Of a stretch of 64,000 nt of DNA, positions 63,947 to 64,000 are shown one piece after another. Numbering within the stretch: position 1 is the stretch's first letter; each line of letters begins with the position of its first letter. Source of the DNA: an uncultured virus (IMG/VR IMGVR_UViG_3300042540_000426) (taxonomy: Duplodnaviria > Heunggongvirae > Uroviricota > Caudoviricetes); IMG/VR virus record IMGVR_UViG_3300042540_000426, one strand, 5' to 3'. Both the position numbers and the translations under genes were made by a program. Under the pieces are notes generated by a model. It did not search any database. It was not told the DNA's origin and saw nothing but the letters and a program-made list of their open reading frames with translations.

Positions 63947-64000
63947 ATGTTAGAAAATGTAGAAGCAACAGAACCAAAGAAACCCGCCATATTATTTGTA
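63947..64000 (+). CDS. 5' partial CDS
   Basis: SD AAGGAG; MLENVEATEPKKPAILFV runs off the window. Confidence 0.6.
   Translation, partial: MLENVEATEPKKPAILFV

Noticed and set aside
1..64000. Alternative genetic code or integrated prophage boundaries
   Set aside because: Long genes are intact under the standard code with all three stops used; no host genes, integrase or att site seen

Overview
This window is most of a tailed dsDNA phage genome, podovirus-like by its P22-type portal, tail and ejection cassette; no integrase, tRNA or CRISPR array was seen. It has three blocks. (1) 1-8147 (+): DNA replication genes, namely the 3' end of a family A polymerase, a Cas4-like PD-(D/E)XK nuclease, an HNH nuclease, a SNF2 helicase, an SSB-like protein, an HTH protein and a primase-helicase. 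(2) 8134-51026 (-): the late operon, with terminases, portal, GroES-like chaperonin, scaffold, major capsid protein, many small basic proteins, tail and fibre genes, a GH19 endolysin, and ejection proteins ending in a 3191-aa polyvalent protein. (3) 51640-64000 (+): early genes, including an amidoligase plus class-II glutamine amidotransferase, a MoxR-like AAA ATPase plus VWA/metallopeptidase, and VRR-NUC. The strongest new signal is a predicted ~85-nt terminator-ended small RNA (51110-51194). Its hairpin loop (UUUCCUUCGUUUGGU) is complementary to a motif at the translation start regions of about seven early and replication genes, which suggests a multi-target phage riboregulator. Other signals: a conserved 'xxGGxV...R(AD)GC..(K/R)G(K/H)TKG' tail shared by otherwise unrelated small late proteins (candidate sorting tag); an unannotated secreted six-cysteine micro-peptide; three pseudoknot-like RNA elements; a triple 20-bp palindrome; and depletion of GATC and GGCC in the early region. 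All family assignments come from motifs read by eye, not from database searches.
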